A stretch of DNA of 64,000 nucleotides from assembly GCA_964199315.1 (NCBI GenBank), contig OZ116705.1, positions 27,280,001 to 27,344,000 of the forward strand, read 5' to 3'. Shown here piece after piece: positions 1 through 10,057 of this stretch; positions within the stretch are counted from its first letter, which is position 1; each line of letters starts with the position of its first letter. The position numbers and the translations under genes were made by a program. The stretch comes from Orbicella franksi. Its lineage: Eukaryota. Under the pieces are notes generated by a model. It saw only the letters and a program-made list of their open reading frames with translations. It did not search any database and had not been told where the DNA came from.

Positions 1-1224
1 TTTAGCAAAAAGAATCGAAAGTGACATTCATCAGACAAAAAATAGACAAGTATATGTTTGATGGGGAGCTGAGCAAATTACCAAACATATTCCCGTCTAA
101 GAAAAATAAAGCGCCATCAAAAAATCAAGCAACCAGCCACAAGAAAGAGACATAGCGTCTTAGGAAGCCGAGAACATTCTGATCTGTTCTGAAGCTTTTT
201 CACTCCAGTTCGGAATATAACATTCACTTAGCTATAACGTCTCATTTCAATTTAACAAATAGATTCCTTGTTGCCGTACATCTGTTAAGTAATAGATCAT
301 AGATGACGTCAAAATGTGGAAAGAACAAGTAAGTGGCTCACGAGGCGTTAGCCGAGTGCGTCATTCATGTTATCTATGGGTCATCTATGCGTCTATGCGT
401 CTGTCCTCTAATAGATCATTGGTGAAAACCAATCAAAATGCGAGAATAGTTCGGTTTATTATGTAAAATCGTATGAAGAATTCGCAACGTTATCAACAAT
501 TAGTGCTTGTCTACAGCTTTCTATAGCTGTATGGCTAGACAGTCTGGTCTACAAGACGCTGTTTTTTCGTTAAAAAACCTGAACTGAACACTCTTCGTGT
601 TGCAATCTTTGTTGTGGCATTTGTCTATATTTTGCAATTAGCAAACGCAGGGCAAGTTTTTAATATGTTGATCAATTAGTGTTTATATCAATTAACGCTT
701 GAAACTGTTTACAACTCGCCTGTACCAATATAAATAAAACTTACTATTATCTTTAATTATTTCTGACTTGATAATGATGTCAAGATGACATCGAAATTTC
801 GTTTTATTAAATTTCTAGTGTTAATATTCGTTGAGAAATGTATTACTTAGTTTTCACTTATTAAAATAAAACAGAGCAGATATGTTAATGATTAATTTGG
901 TTTTTGTGGCAAAAATTGAATGTGGTTTACCTTTTCCCGCTCACAGAAGCTGCCCATACATTTGTTCTTTTATATTTTACGCAACTATTAGACACTTAAC
1001 TTCTTGCTCGTTGACGCTTGTTGAGTAATGCCACCTTAACAATCGTTCTACCTCATAACGAAGCGCTCGAAGTCTAAGAATAGAATGCAAATTATTCGCG
1101 AGCGTTAGACAACATTAGCGTGTTCTGAGAGTAACAGGAGGAAAATGAACGCCAAATTTTCGTTATAAAATTGTTTTAGGAACACTTGCTTACGCGCTTG
1201 ACAACTTCTTGAAACTTTTCTTAC

Positions 1225-2183
1225 CAAGTTTTGCACAATTTTCCCCAATCCAAGGCAGTTTACACGAACATGAAAATGTTTGTTTCTTGTCGTCTGCTAT
1301 ACAAGAACCACCGTTGAAGCAACCAGGAGATGTAGGACTTTGACAACCCTGTAAAGTGTTTGAATTACAATAAAGACAGTTCAGAGCTCAGGATGGTTGA
1401 AGAGATTTGCTAAAACAAATTTTAGTCAGCTAGCAAGTCTGAGGGCAGAAGCTAGATGACTGACACTTCAGGCTAGCACGATATTGGTTATATGAACCTT
1501 ATTTACTTTGTTCTTTGATAGGTTTCTTTTCCTATACACCTGTTTATCAGGAGCGTCAGTTTTTGTAAACACAACTGTTTTAAGAAAGGTTTATTTCGAC
1601 GAATAGAATGTGCCGGACAGTATTCCTTTGACCCTATTTTGGGATAAAAAAGACTGAATTTGAGCCATTCCTTGATGACAGTTCCAGCCTTGGAAAATAT
1701 TAGTGTATTCGTTCCCATATTACAGTGATCAAAGATGTATATCTTCACTTGCTCTGGGGCCAACAGGCACGTTTAATCGAACGGCAAATCCAGGTCCTAA
1801 ATATTTTTGTGAACGATTAGAACTAATGGCTAATTGCTAATAACCTTTAAAAGCAAAGAAAAAGTCACTCCTTGCTGATCATGAAACTTGGTGTTTTCTT
1901 CAATGGGCCCATGCTTGTTCAGTTCGCAAGTTGATTTCTCGGTTTCCTCGGATGCTATCTTGAAATTGGTTGAAGTACACCACGAATTTCTCAGGCAAGA
2001 CCGGCTGCATGAGGTCAGGCTGGGACACTCAAACCTTTTGACAACATGTCCCTGAAGTCGCTTATCTTGCCGCATCGTGAAGAATACTGAACGAAAAAGT
2101 TTGGAATCTTCTTCAGCAGCGTAAACAATGGCATTCACCATTCCTTGAAACAGAACAAAGAACAAAACGGTTTTAGCGTCCAT
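1225..2183 (-). CDS. Secreted PAN/apple-EGF(-fibrinogen-like) protein, paralog A copy 1; exons 1845-2183 and 1225-1348, later exons lie off the left edge of the window
   Basis: Exon 1 (113 codons) has a hydrophobic leader and a PAN-type motif SCSRSCLRNSWCTSTNF...TCELN, with donor AAG|GTTATT. Exon 2 (cag|...G|gtaaga) reads GCQSPTSPGCFNGGSCIADDKKQTFSCSCKLPWIGENCAKL, a six-Cys EGF domain. Confidence 0.85.
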
Positions 2184-2390
2184 TACCTTAAAACAGAATT
2201 CAAAGCGGAAAGGAAAGGTGGACTATTCAAACTTTGAAAGTTTATTGCAAGGAGTGGTTTTGCTTTGCTGTTTTATTTATGTAGTGAAATACAAAGTAGC
2301 AACGATTGGCTTATTCTCCTAAATATACTACTTAAAGATGTTTGATTAGTTGTCCCGCTGTGAGATATCGGCCTGCAGAAATCGCAAGGT

Positions 2391-2560
2391 TTGGGGAAAC
2401 CGTTAAGAGTTCGTATAAACTGCGTGGGTCACTCGCTCGAAGATATCCAAGTGGCAGCGGTAAAGACAGATTTGCCTCAGAGAGACTTGAGACAACGGGA
2501 GGAGATGCAAGACATCTTTAGATACCACACACTTATTCCTTTCGGAATCAACGGTGACGT
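2391..2560 (+). mobile_element. Decayed GIY-YIG endonuclease C-terminal fragment, Penelope-like retroelement (copy 2 at ~27649-27818)
   Basis: The translation GHSLEDIQVAAVKTDLPQRDLRQREEMQDIFRYHTLIPFGIN fits the H(S)..D+.V....R...E...I....TL.P.G(I/L)N tail of Penelope GIY-YIG domains. Confidence 0.55.
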
Positions 2561-3461
2561 TGGTTATGTTATCTTATGGCGCACGCATCCTCGCACACCA
2601 AGTTAGTTTGCATACGAAAGCAAATAATAAGCTGAATCTGGAGTAACAGTGAAACGTAAGACAATTGATGATAGTTTAGCTGTCAGCGGATATTTCCACT
2701 GCACTCAGCCTGTTGAAAACTGTCTGGTTACTTGTACTTTATCCAATTTTTTATCTCATCGAACCGAACTCCAAAACGTCGGACTTAGCACCAACGCATC
2801 GAAGAGCGCAAGTCGTCTGCCATTTAGAAACCTTTTAAAACAGAAGTATATCGCCGAGATCTACCGAGCTTGCAAGTAAATTTTCAATCGCAAAGAGATG
2901 CAAAGAAAAGCTATATTGTCTAATCTATGAGACGCTGTTTATTCGTTAACTGGTCACCCAATAAAACTATATTCGTGTAAAAGTCGGTAGAAAATCGAAG
3001 GGGCGCTTATTAATAAAAACACATTCTAAAGGGGGAGGGGGGACGCTTATTGCATGGATCATTACGGTAGAAAAAGCTGTGGACTAGGATAACTCTTTTT
3101 TTATAACGTTGGGAATTCTATCATACAAAAGAATGTAATATAAAACCACAATGTCTTCTTAGGGATGGAAATTATATTTTTGACGGGGAGAGGCAAGCAA
3201 CTTTTAAGACCTTATTATATATATATTTTTTTTTGGCATGATTTTTTTTTTTTTTTTCGCTTTTTCGCCGTGTTTCTTTCTGGCTGGCTGGTTTTGTGCG
3301 AGTATGTGTTCTGTCGCTTTTTCTTGTACAGGATCGGAATTACTTTGGTAATTGCCCAGCTCCCCTGAAATTTAAGCACTACTTGTGAAAACTATAATAA
3401 TTTCAAAACAACATGCATTTCATAAGACCGTCAAATCTTTGCGTTTTTTGTTATCTTTCAG

Positions 3462-3553
3462 ATACTTTTTCATGTGATGAGACTCAAAAGGAAACAAATG
3501 AGACGTTTCTAAATGGGCAATATTTGCTAACAAATAGAAGCGTGTCATTTAAT
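3462..3553 (+). pseudogene. Orphan exon 3 of a third PAN-EGF-FReD paralog
   Basis: 92 bp, ttatctttcag|AT...AAT|gtaagc, open frame (D)TFSCDETQKETNETFLNGQYLLTNRSVSFN. The flanking intron DNA (~3367-3580) is an inverted homolog of ~24820-25045. Confidence 0.8.
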
Positions 3554-3700
3554 GTAAGCAATATGGAGAAGACATCACTGGCTAACTAGATGAAAGAGAA
3601 GCAAGAAAAACCTGACAAAGGCACGATTTTGTAGCTGATAATTTATGACCCTCTTCTCCAAAAAATGTTTAAGGAATACTAAACTCGCTCCTCTCACATT

Positions 3701-3927
3701 TAGAATGTTCACAGTCTGTCTATTTTTCAACGCACGGAAAAGAAAAAGCGAATCAGAAGCTAGCGCGAAACATGCAGGGATGGGGGTGGGGAGGCGAGCA
3801 AAACGGGCCGAGCCCCTATCCTGTCAAGTCTCCCGTTTTGCGCTGGCGTCCAGTTCTGTGGCGTTTCTACCCACGCGTTCAACGATCAAATAAAAATAGG
3901 AGAAAATAGAAGGTTGAGAACAGTCTA
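3701..3927. mobile_element. Short TAGAC-ended MITE-like repeat (also in copy 2)
   Basis: Ends tagaatgttcacag and gttgagaacagtcta form imperfect TIRs. No clean TSD. Confidence 0.4.
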
Positions 3928-4917
3928 CGCTCATTAGATGTACTGTCACGTGTCAGATGATGGCAATGGATAGACTCTGGTCAGCCGTTAAAACAGCTTT
4001 GTTAATCCGGTTATCAACGGACCACAAAAATTTGGCCGTCTCAACGGCGTGGCCGTATGAAACGGGCTCTTTAAAAGAGAAAATGAATAAAGTGGCAAGA
4101 ATAAAGTGGCCGTAATAACGATATTTTAAAGGAGTTTTAGAAACTCCATTATTTCTGAAATTTATATCGCCGTTATCAATCGAAAACTGATCAAAACTCC
4201 ACTAGATTTACTTTACACTCAGTCCACTGGCCTTGTGTTATCATTTTGAAGCGTTCTCCTCTTTATCGGAACCCCCAAAATAAGGTAAATATTTACGTTT
4301 TAAAATAGCCCTTATGTACATTACGTCTGCACATTACGTTATCCCGTTTCATTCACGAACATTAACAAAATACACGAGTCACAATTACTTTAAGCCACTT
4401 TATACGATGGCTTTTTTTCTCATGAATTGACCAATCTCGTAATAATAGTCGTGCGCTTTGCCAAAGGACAAACGGCTCAGCTTATAGAAGACCCCTAAGC
4501 GTAAAAAAGAGGTAGGGAAACTCGCTAACGGTGTTAATTGCAGATTTGCCGTATAACGTAGAATGTCCAGGACAGAACGCCAGTGTTTTCGCACAAAGGA
4601 CAAATTAATCCCTTTCAATACCCAACAACAGAATGATGAAATAACTACAGAACTGAGAGATCACGCATAGGCTTAAATCTCGAAGTATCTTTTATTCCAA
4701 ATGAGTCAACACTTCAATAACTAAATGTAAACGTGCACAATGCCAAAATACAAAAAGGCTTGAAAATACGGAAATATAGAAGAAAAACGGGCGTTCAGAC
4801 AAATACATATTATGTGATTCTTTCAATATACAGAACAGCAAAAATTACGCCATGTTCTCAATATATGAATACTACTTTCATATGCAAAATAGAATTAACA
4901 TTCATATAGAACCTCTT

Positions 4918-5082
4918 TCTCGCCGATGTTCAGCGGCGAGGTAATTCTGTCTGTATAGTAAAAGAACCAAAATCTCGCCGATGTTCAGCAGCGAGGTAGT
5001 TCTGTCTGTATAATAAAGGAACCAAAATCTCGCCGATGTTCAGCGGCGAGGTAGTTCTCTCTGTATAAGGGACGGAAATCTC
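4918..5082 (+). repeat. 55-bp minisatellite, 3 units (5 units at ~30186-30460 in copy 2)
   Basis: Unit tctcgccgatgttcagcggcgaggtaattctgtctgtatagtaaaagaaccaaaa, with the internal hairpin ctcgccg..cggcgag. Confidence 0.95.
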
Positions 5083-5606
5083 GATGATGATGACGATGAT
5101 GATGATCGTCGGCTAGATTAATGATCCTCAGCGAGATGAATGCAGAAGTACTCTAAAGCAATTCTAAATATATTTCTGTTGCTTTTGCGATCACATAGTT
5201 TAAGACGCGGATGCTGTGTGTTTATATTCCGGACGGTAATTTTTAAATTTTGGAAATCACTTATTATCGGAACTTGAAGTCTAGTAACTGTATTTTGTAA
5301 AAAACTATCCCGTTGCGTTTGCATACGTTGCTTTCATGATGTTTTCCTATCCTACGTACCCTTGCCACTCTTGCCAATCTCGCAACAATTAATCTCTCTG
5401 TGCAGTTCGAGTACTTGCTGTTCTTACAGTTTGAGTGCCAAAAAAGTGATATTTCCCTTTATGATTTAATTTAATCAAAAAACGAAGGTATATGGATCTA
5501 GTGTTCTATCTTTAATCTCTGAAGTTTGCATAGGTCTTGGCCTCTAGAACTGCACAATTCCATTAAACTTTTTATTAAGCGAATAGTACGCATACTCCAT
5601 CAGTTA

Positions 5607-6038
5607 TTAATCAAACAGTCGCACGTCCTTCTCTTCTACAGACTGCAGCCATTTCTGGTCACCGTCTTCAAAATTAACTATATAGCCCTTGGATCTGTTC
5701 CATGCCGCGATGGTGCCCTTTATCCAGCCGAGATATTCAGTGGAGCCATCCAAATTGGCTCGGTTGTATTCTACCTCAAGTCTTGCTCCAATAAGGGCAT
5801 TACCTGTGGAATAAAGTACATGAATGACTCCCACTACATGACATCCTCTTCAGTCATAGTTAATTTCTCTTGTAATCAAAATGAAAACAAAAACGGGCTT
5901 TTTTCTTTTATGATATAAGCTTGCAACAATGGAATCAGTCAAAGATCATTGACCAAAATTATTTTGTACCTTGTCTCTTTTTACCATGCTTTCCGTAGTT
6001 GCAGGCACGTTGCAACTGGCGCCTTTTATCTGGTGGAC
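5607..6038 (-). CDS. Spliced 3' exons (5985-6038, 5607-5803) encoding a Tudor/Agenet-like domain inside the CACT element
   Basis: cttttag|GT CCA..CAT G|gtaaaa then ttccacag|GT AAT, both phase 1. Protein: PPDKRRQLQRACNYGKHGNALIGARLEVEYNRANLDGSTEYLGWIKGTIAAWNRSKGYIVNFEDGDQKWLQSVEEKDVRLFD. The G.R+EV..W..GTI...Y.V.FEDGD.W pattern is Tudor-like. Upstream coding DNA is interrupted by stops. Confidence 0.6.
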
Positions 6039-7430
6039 CTAAAAGATTTTAACGAGTTGTTAACTATATATAGTACGGGGAAATGAGTTTAGGTAGAGCC
6101 CTGTTCGTTTTCTACCCTTTCAATTGTTTAGGATGACTTCAAACATTGACTACATCTATAATAGTTATAGTAGCACTGCGCCTAACTTGTCCTCTACTGC
6201 ATTAGCTTAATTATCAAAGAATCTGAGTATTGCTGCTGCCTTGAGTAGACAGGACGCAAGCCTTGCGCCAGGGGCGCTTAACATGTTATTTTAAATATAG
6301 GTTGAAAATTTCCTTACTGAGGGGAATGGAATTGAAAGCTGCTGTAGTATTTTCATCGAATGTTGGGAAGGCTTGGGTGAAAACAAAATAATCGTCGCTA
6401 GCAATTGTATAAAGCAAATGGTGTTCAAAACACCGATTGTTACGGTGAAATCTAGAAAGGCGATACTTCGAAGGTAATAGGTGCCATTTCCCAAAGCCCT
6501 TGAACAAAGATGCGGGCCAGGTCCCGCACCCGCATCACAAGAACGAGCTTCACATGTGATAACAATAATGCATGGTCTCACATTATCCGTCAATATTATC
6601 ATCTCGAAAATCTTTTAGGAAAATACTAGGGTCGAGGAATTTAAGAAGGCTCGACAATTGACTGAATCCCAATTGATATCACTAAAAACTTTTAATTTTT
6701 GGAGAATTCCCTACCGTCTTCTTTAGGAACATGAAATCTTCGTTTCCTTCTGCGATTATCGTTTCGCCTCCCTCTTGCTTCTTCAGAGTTGTCACGATAA
6801 GACAGCGAAACATTCTTTCCTGCTGCTACAACTTTGGCTGCCTGCACTCTGTCTTCTCGATATATGTTCTCCAGCAAGGGTTCGAGACTGTTTCCTTTTT
6901 CTGGAATTGACCGCTTATTAATACTTTCTACCGGTTTGTTTGTGTTTGGTCCTTTCTCCAGGTTTCCTCAAAGAGTAAAGTGTAGGCTTTTGTAAACATT
7001 CCTAGACACAGTGGTAATGACGTAAACAAAAATGCACAAATCGTTTTAAAAATGTCCTAACAATCCGAATTAATTTCATTACATTTTTAATTGTCAGGTA
7101 AATTCATAGTACTCGCGACCACTTTTGAGTTAGTTTAAGTTTAAGTTTAATAATACTTTGTCATGAAAAACAAAAAGTACATGACTGGAGAATAATTGGG
7201 GGAAACTAAATTGCCATACAAAGAATATTCTCCGATATTAAACATTCTAAAAAATTAAGAAATAAAACTGTAAATTTGAGTGGGGCCCAAAACTAGCCTA
7301 ATTAAATTGCATACTAAAATTGACACTAAAAATTATGAAGTAAGATTTAAATACGGCCCAAAGCTAACCTAATTAAATTGCATACATGTCACTCACGAGA
7401 TACACCTGATCTAAAATTGACACAAATGAT

Positions 7431-7611
7431 CATCGGCGAGACTTTGGTTCCTTTATTATACAGACAGAACTACCTCGCCGCTGAACATCGGCGAGATTTT
7501 GGCTCCTTTATTATACAGACAGAACTACCTCGCCGCTGAACATCGGCGAGATTTTGGTTGCTTTATTATACAGACAGAATTACCTCGCCGCTGATCATCG
7601 GCGAGATTTTC
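7431..7611 (-). repeat. Inverted copy of the 55-bp minisatellite, 3 units plus a partial unit (copy 2 at ~32810-32990)
   Basis: Reverse complement of the left array. Confidence 0.95.
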
Positions 7612-8299
7612 GTTCGGTATATAAGTGAAATTAAATTATCACATATTCCAAAATTTACATAAAATAGTTTCAATCTATATATTTAAACATTCACATAATA
7701 TGCGAATATATGTAAACCCGAGAAAAACTTCTAGAAAACAAAATGTGAAAATTTTTAAAAGGACATGCTAAAAAACAATTGTGTTATCACAGTTTCCCTC
7801 GGTTTCAGAATTATTTCAAAATGGGGGGAACATATTGTTTGGAAATACGTGCAGATGCTTTATTAGGAAATGTTAAAAGCAATGTTTGAATTTACGACAG
7901 GTACCGGAAATTGCGACAATTCAGTGCTACAATTCACGACATAAGTGTCTAGTATTGTCAGAAAAAAAATTACGAGCAGAAGTTTGATGTCAAGCTTACC
8001 TTTCTAAACAGCAGGTTTTACACGAAAGCCAGGCGTTACGCTTAAAATCTGCTGCATTTTGATGCCATCGTCCTGGAATTGCCTCCAATCCCAAAAGCCA
8101 AATTTCAGGAATGACGGACTTATTTTATGGTTAAGATGCAGTTCGTTATCTCTTAGCTTAAGTTAGGATTGTTATACCGCGGTTAAGTTATGTTATAGCA
8201 AGCAAAATGGTTCCAAAACATACGCACAACAGCTATTTCGCGTACCGGATCTCAGGGAATAACATGACTACAATTTCTTAGTTTGGGAGTCGTTGTTAA

Positions 8300-9097
8300 G
8301 GTATCAGTATACCGTACCCCAAAGTTGACCATTTTTCAAAGAAATTGTTTTTCGCTCTTTCAGATAGATCTTTTTATGGTCTTTAATTTTAAAAAAAAAT
8401 TCTACGAAAAAAAATATTAATTCTATGCAAAGTTACAAACGAAAAACGTTTCTTTTCGTTAATTATCTCTAATTGATAGCTGTCAACGGGTTGTCACAAG
8501 AAGTATATGCAAACTTGCAATTGCCGTCTATGAACCAACCGTTTGTGTTCGGTATGGTCGACGTGCTGGTCTGGGTGCCCGGGTCTGGGTGTTCTCTGTT
8601 TGTAGATTGTTGATTTAACCTTTAATATGTCGTCGAAGAAACACAAAAGTTCGTGCCATTTGCAAGCTCGAAGAAAGCACCACGGAGAAAAAGGTCGGGG
8701 GAAAAGGTTTGAAAAACATTCGATCAGAATTGGGCTGATGCGTTAGCTGCTAGCGACAAAGGTTGCTTGCACTGGACGTGGAAGATGTTTGACATTTTCT
8801 ACGCATTACTTTCTTGGTGCTTTCGCCGTTCAAAGCGGTAACATTAATAAACCCATTTCAACTTAATCGGTGTCTCGTGGGTTTCCTTCACGTTGTTTAC
8901 GAGTTTACGTTTTAAAAATCGAAAGCAAGAAACAGGAGCGAAAATTATTCGTTTTTTTTATTTTAATGAATACACCCCCGTAATTAACAATTCCTAAGCT
9001 TTCAGAAAATGTATACTTTACTGGGGTTTGGGTAAAACATCCGACCGTAATGCGGCGTCAACGAATTATGGTCATTTGGGGTATACTGATAGTTACC
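8300..9097. mobile_element. Non-autonomous TIR element, Kolobok-like (copy 2 at 33675-34471)
   Basis: ttaa|ggtatcagtatacc..ccaaa..tgaccat pairs with atggtcatttggggtatactgata..cc|tcaa, a degenerate TTAA target. It contains a short basic ORF start (MSSKKHK..RRKHHGEKGRGKR). Confidence 0.45.
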
Positions 9098-9100
9098 TCA

Positions 9101-9290
9101 AAGGAGCTCAGTCACGGTGTTTTGAGTTATTTCGGCCACGTACAAAATCAGCTTAAAATTGAAAGAAACCTGAGAAAAGTAGTCTACTAAGATAAAAAAA
9201 ACCAAAGCGATAAAAATCACCCATAAAGAAACAAGGTTGGTTAAGGATGGAGAAGATTAACACAGATTACGAACGACACTCTTGAAAGAT
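9101..9290 (+). repeat. Dispersed repeat end, with an inverted relative at ~22745-22932 in iGluR intron 6
   Basis: aaaggagctcagtcacggtgttttgagttattt... matches the reverse complement of ...aactcaaaataccgtgattgagcttctttaa over ~190 bp. Confidence 0.7.
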
Positions 9291-9943
9291 TTAGCGTAAA
9301 CTTTTAGAGGCTCCTCCTTTACGCTTTAGTGTAGTGTATGGTGTTTTGAATCGGCTATTGTGTATCGCTACACGAGAACATTACCAACCTTTCCATCTGG
9401 CTCTGCTGTTTGCCAGTCGAGGTTTGTTTCATTTTGAATGTAATAACGTCAGCATGTTTAATTAGTTACAATGTAAACAATGTTGAAATTCTCTCGTTTA
9501 CGGTTATCTAGCCCTTACAACTACGCGACATCTGTTTTAATAAAGTTGCTGACATTTTACCACAATTTGCCATCTGGCTTATAAAAGAAATTGCTCATAT
9601 TTTGAATCGAAATGTACAAATACCCTGTGCTTTTACTGTCCATCTGTGCACAGGGATCCAAAGCTCCAGCTGTGAGCGACTAAGACTGTCTGGGAATATT
9701 TATGATCGTTTTTAGGGATACTAAAAAGATAAAAATACCTTATGCTACCTCCACAGTACATTGCTTGTTGTCTGTTCGCTTTTCCAGCTTATTTGAAGCG
9801 ATTTTGGTGAGTTATCGTTCCCTGGGTTAAGAAATTGTTTCGCTGCAAAGTTGCTTCCAATCAGCAGAAAAAGCAAACAGACAACGTAACTGTCAAACCG
9901 ACAACTTATTAGCAGCCTGAACTCTAACAGATCTAGAAATCAA

Positions 9944-10009
9944 CCAATCAGGTCTTCTTATTACACTACACGACGGTGGTAGCCATAGAAACACCATTAC
10001 ATTTATAAA
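9944..10009 (+). promoter_or_regulatory. Putative CCAAT box and TATA box of paralog B
   Basis: CCAAT at 9944 and TATAAA at 10004, ~50 bp before the ATG at 10058. Paralog A has a CCAAT on the minus strand at a similar distance (~2305-2309). Confidence 0.35.
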
Positions 10010-10057
10010 TGTGACGTTTTTGGAACAACTTCCCTTTCCAAGACGACTTACCAAGCA

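Larger units (their letters stand above)
4899..7627. mobile_element. CACT-ended DNA transposon (CMC/EnSpm-like) with subterminal 55-bp arrays, copy 1
   Basis: The left end CA(T/C)TCATATAGAAC matches the reverse complement of the right end, CACTTATATACCGAAC. It is flanked by AA...AA (2-bp TSD) and has inverted arrays of a 55-bp unit at both ends. Confidence 0.6.

Noticed and set aside
4918-5082. Palindromic 55-bp repeats resembling a CRISPR array
   Set aside because: The units are contiguous with no unique spacers, there are no cas genes, the context is eukaryotic, and the array is mirrored at the other end of a TE.
6286-6877. Transposase call for the internal ORFs of the CACT element
   Set aside because: No catalytic motif was recognised and the true frame cannot be fixed because of multiple stops.
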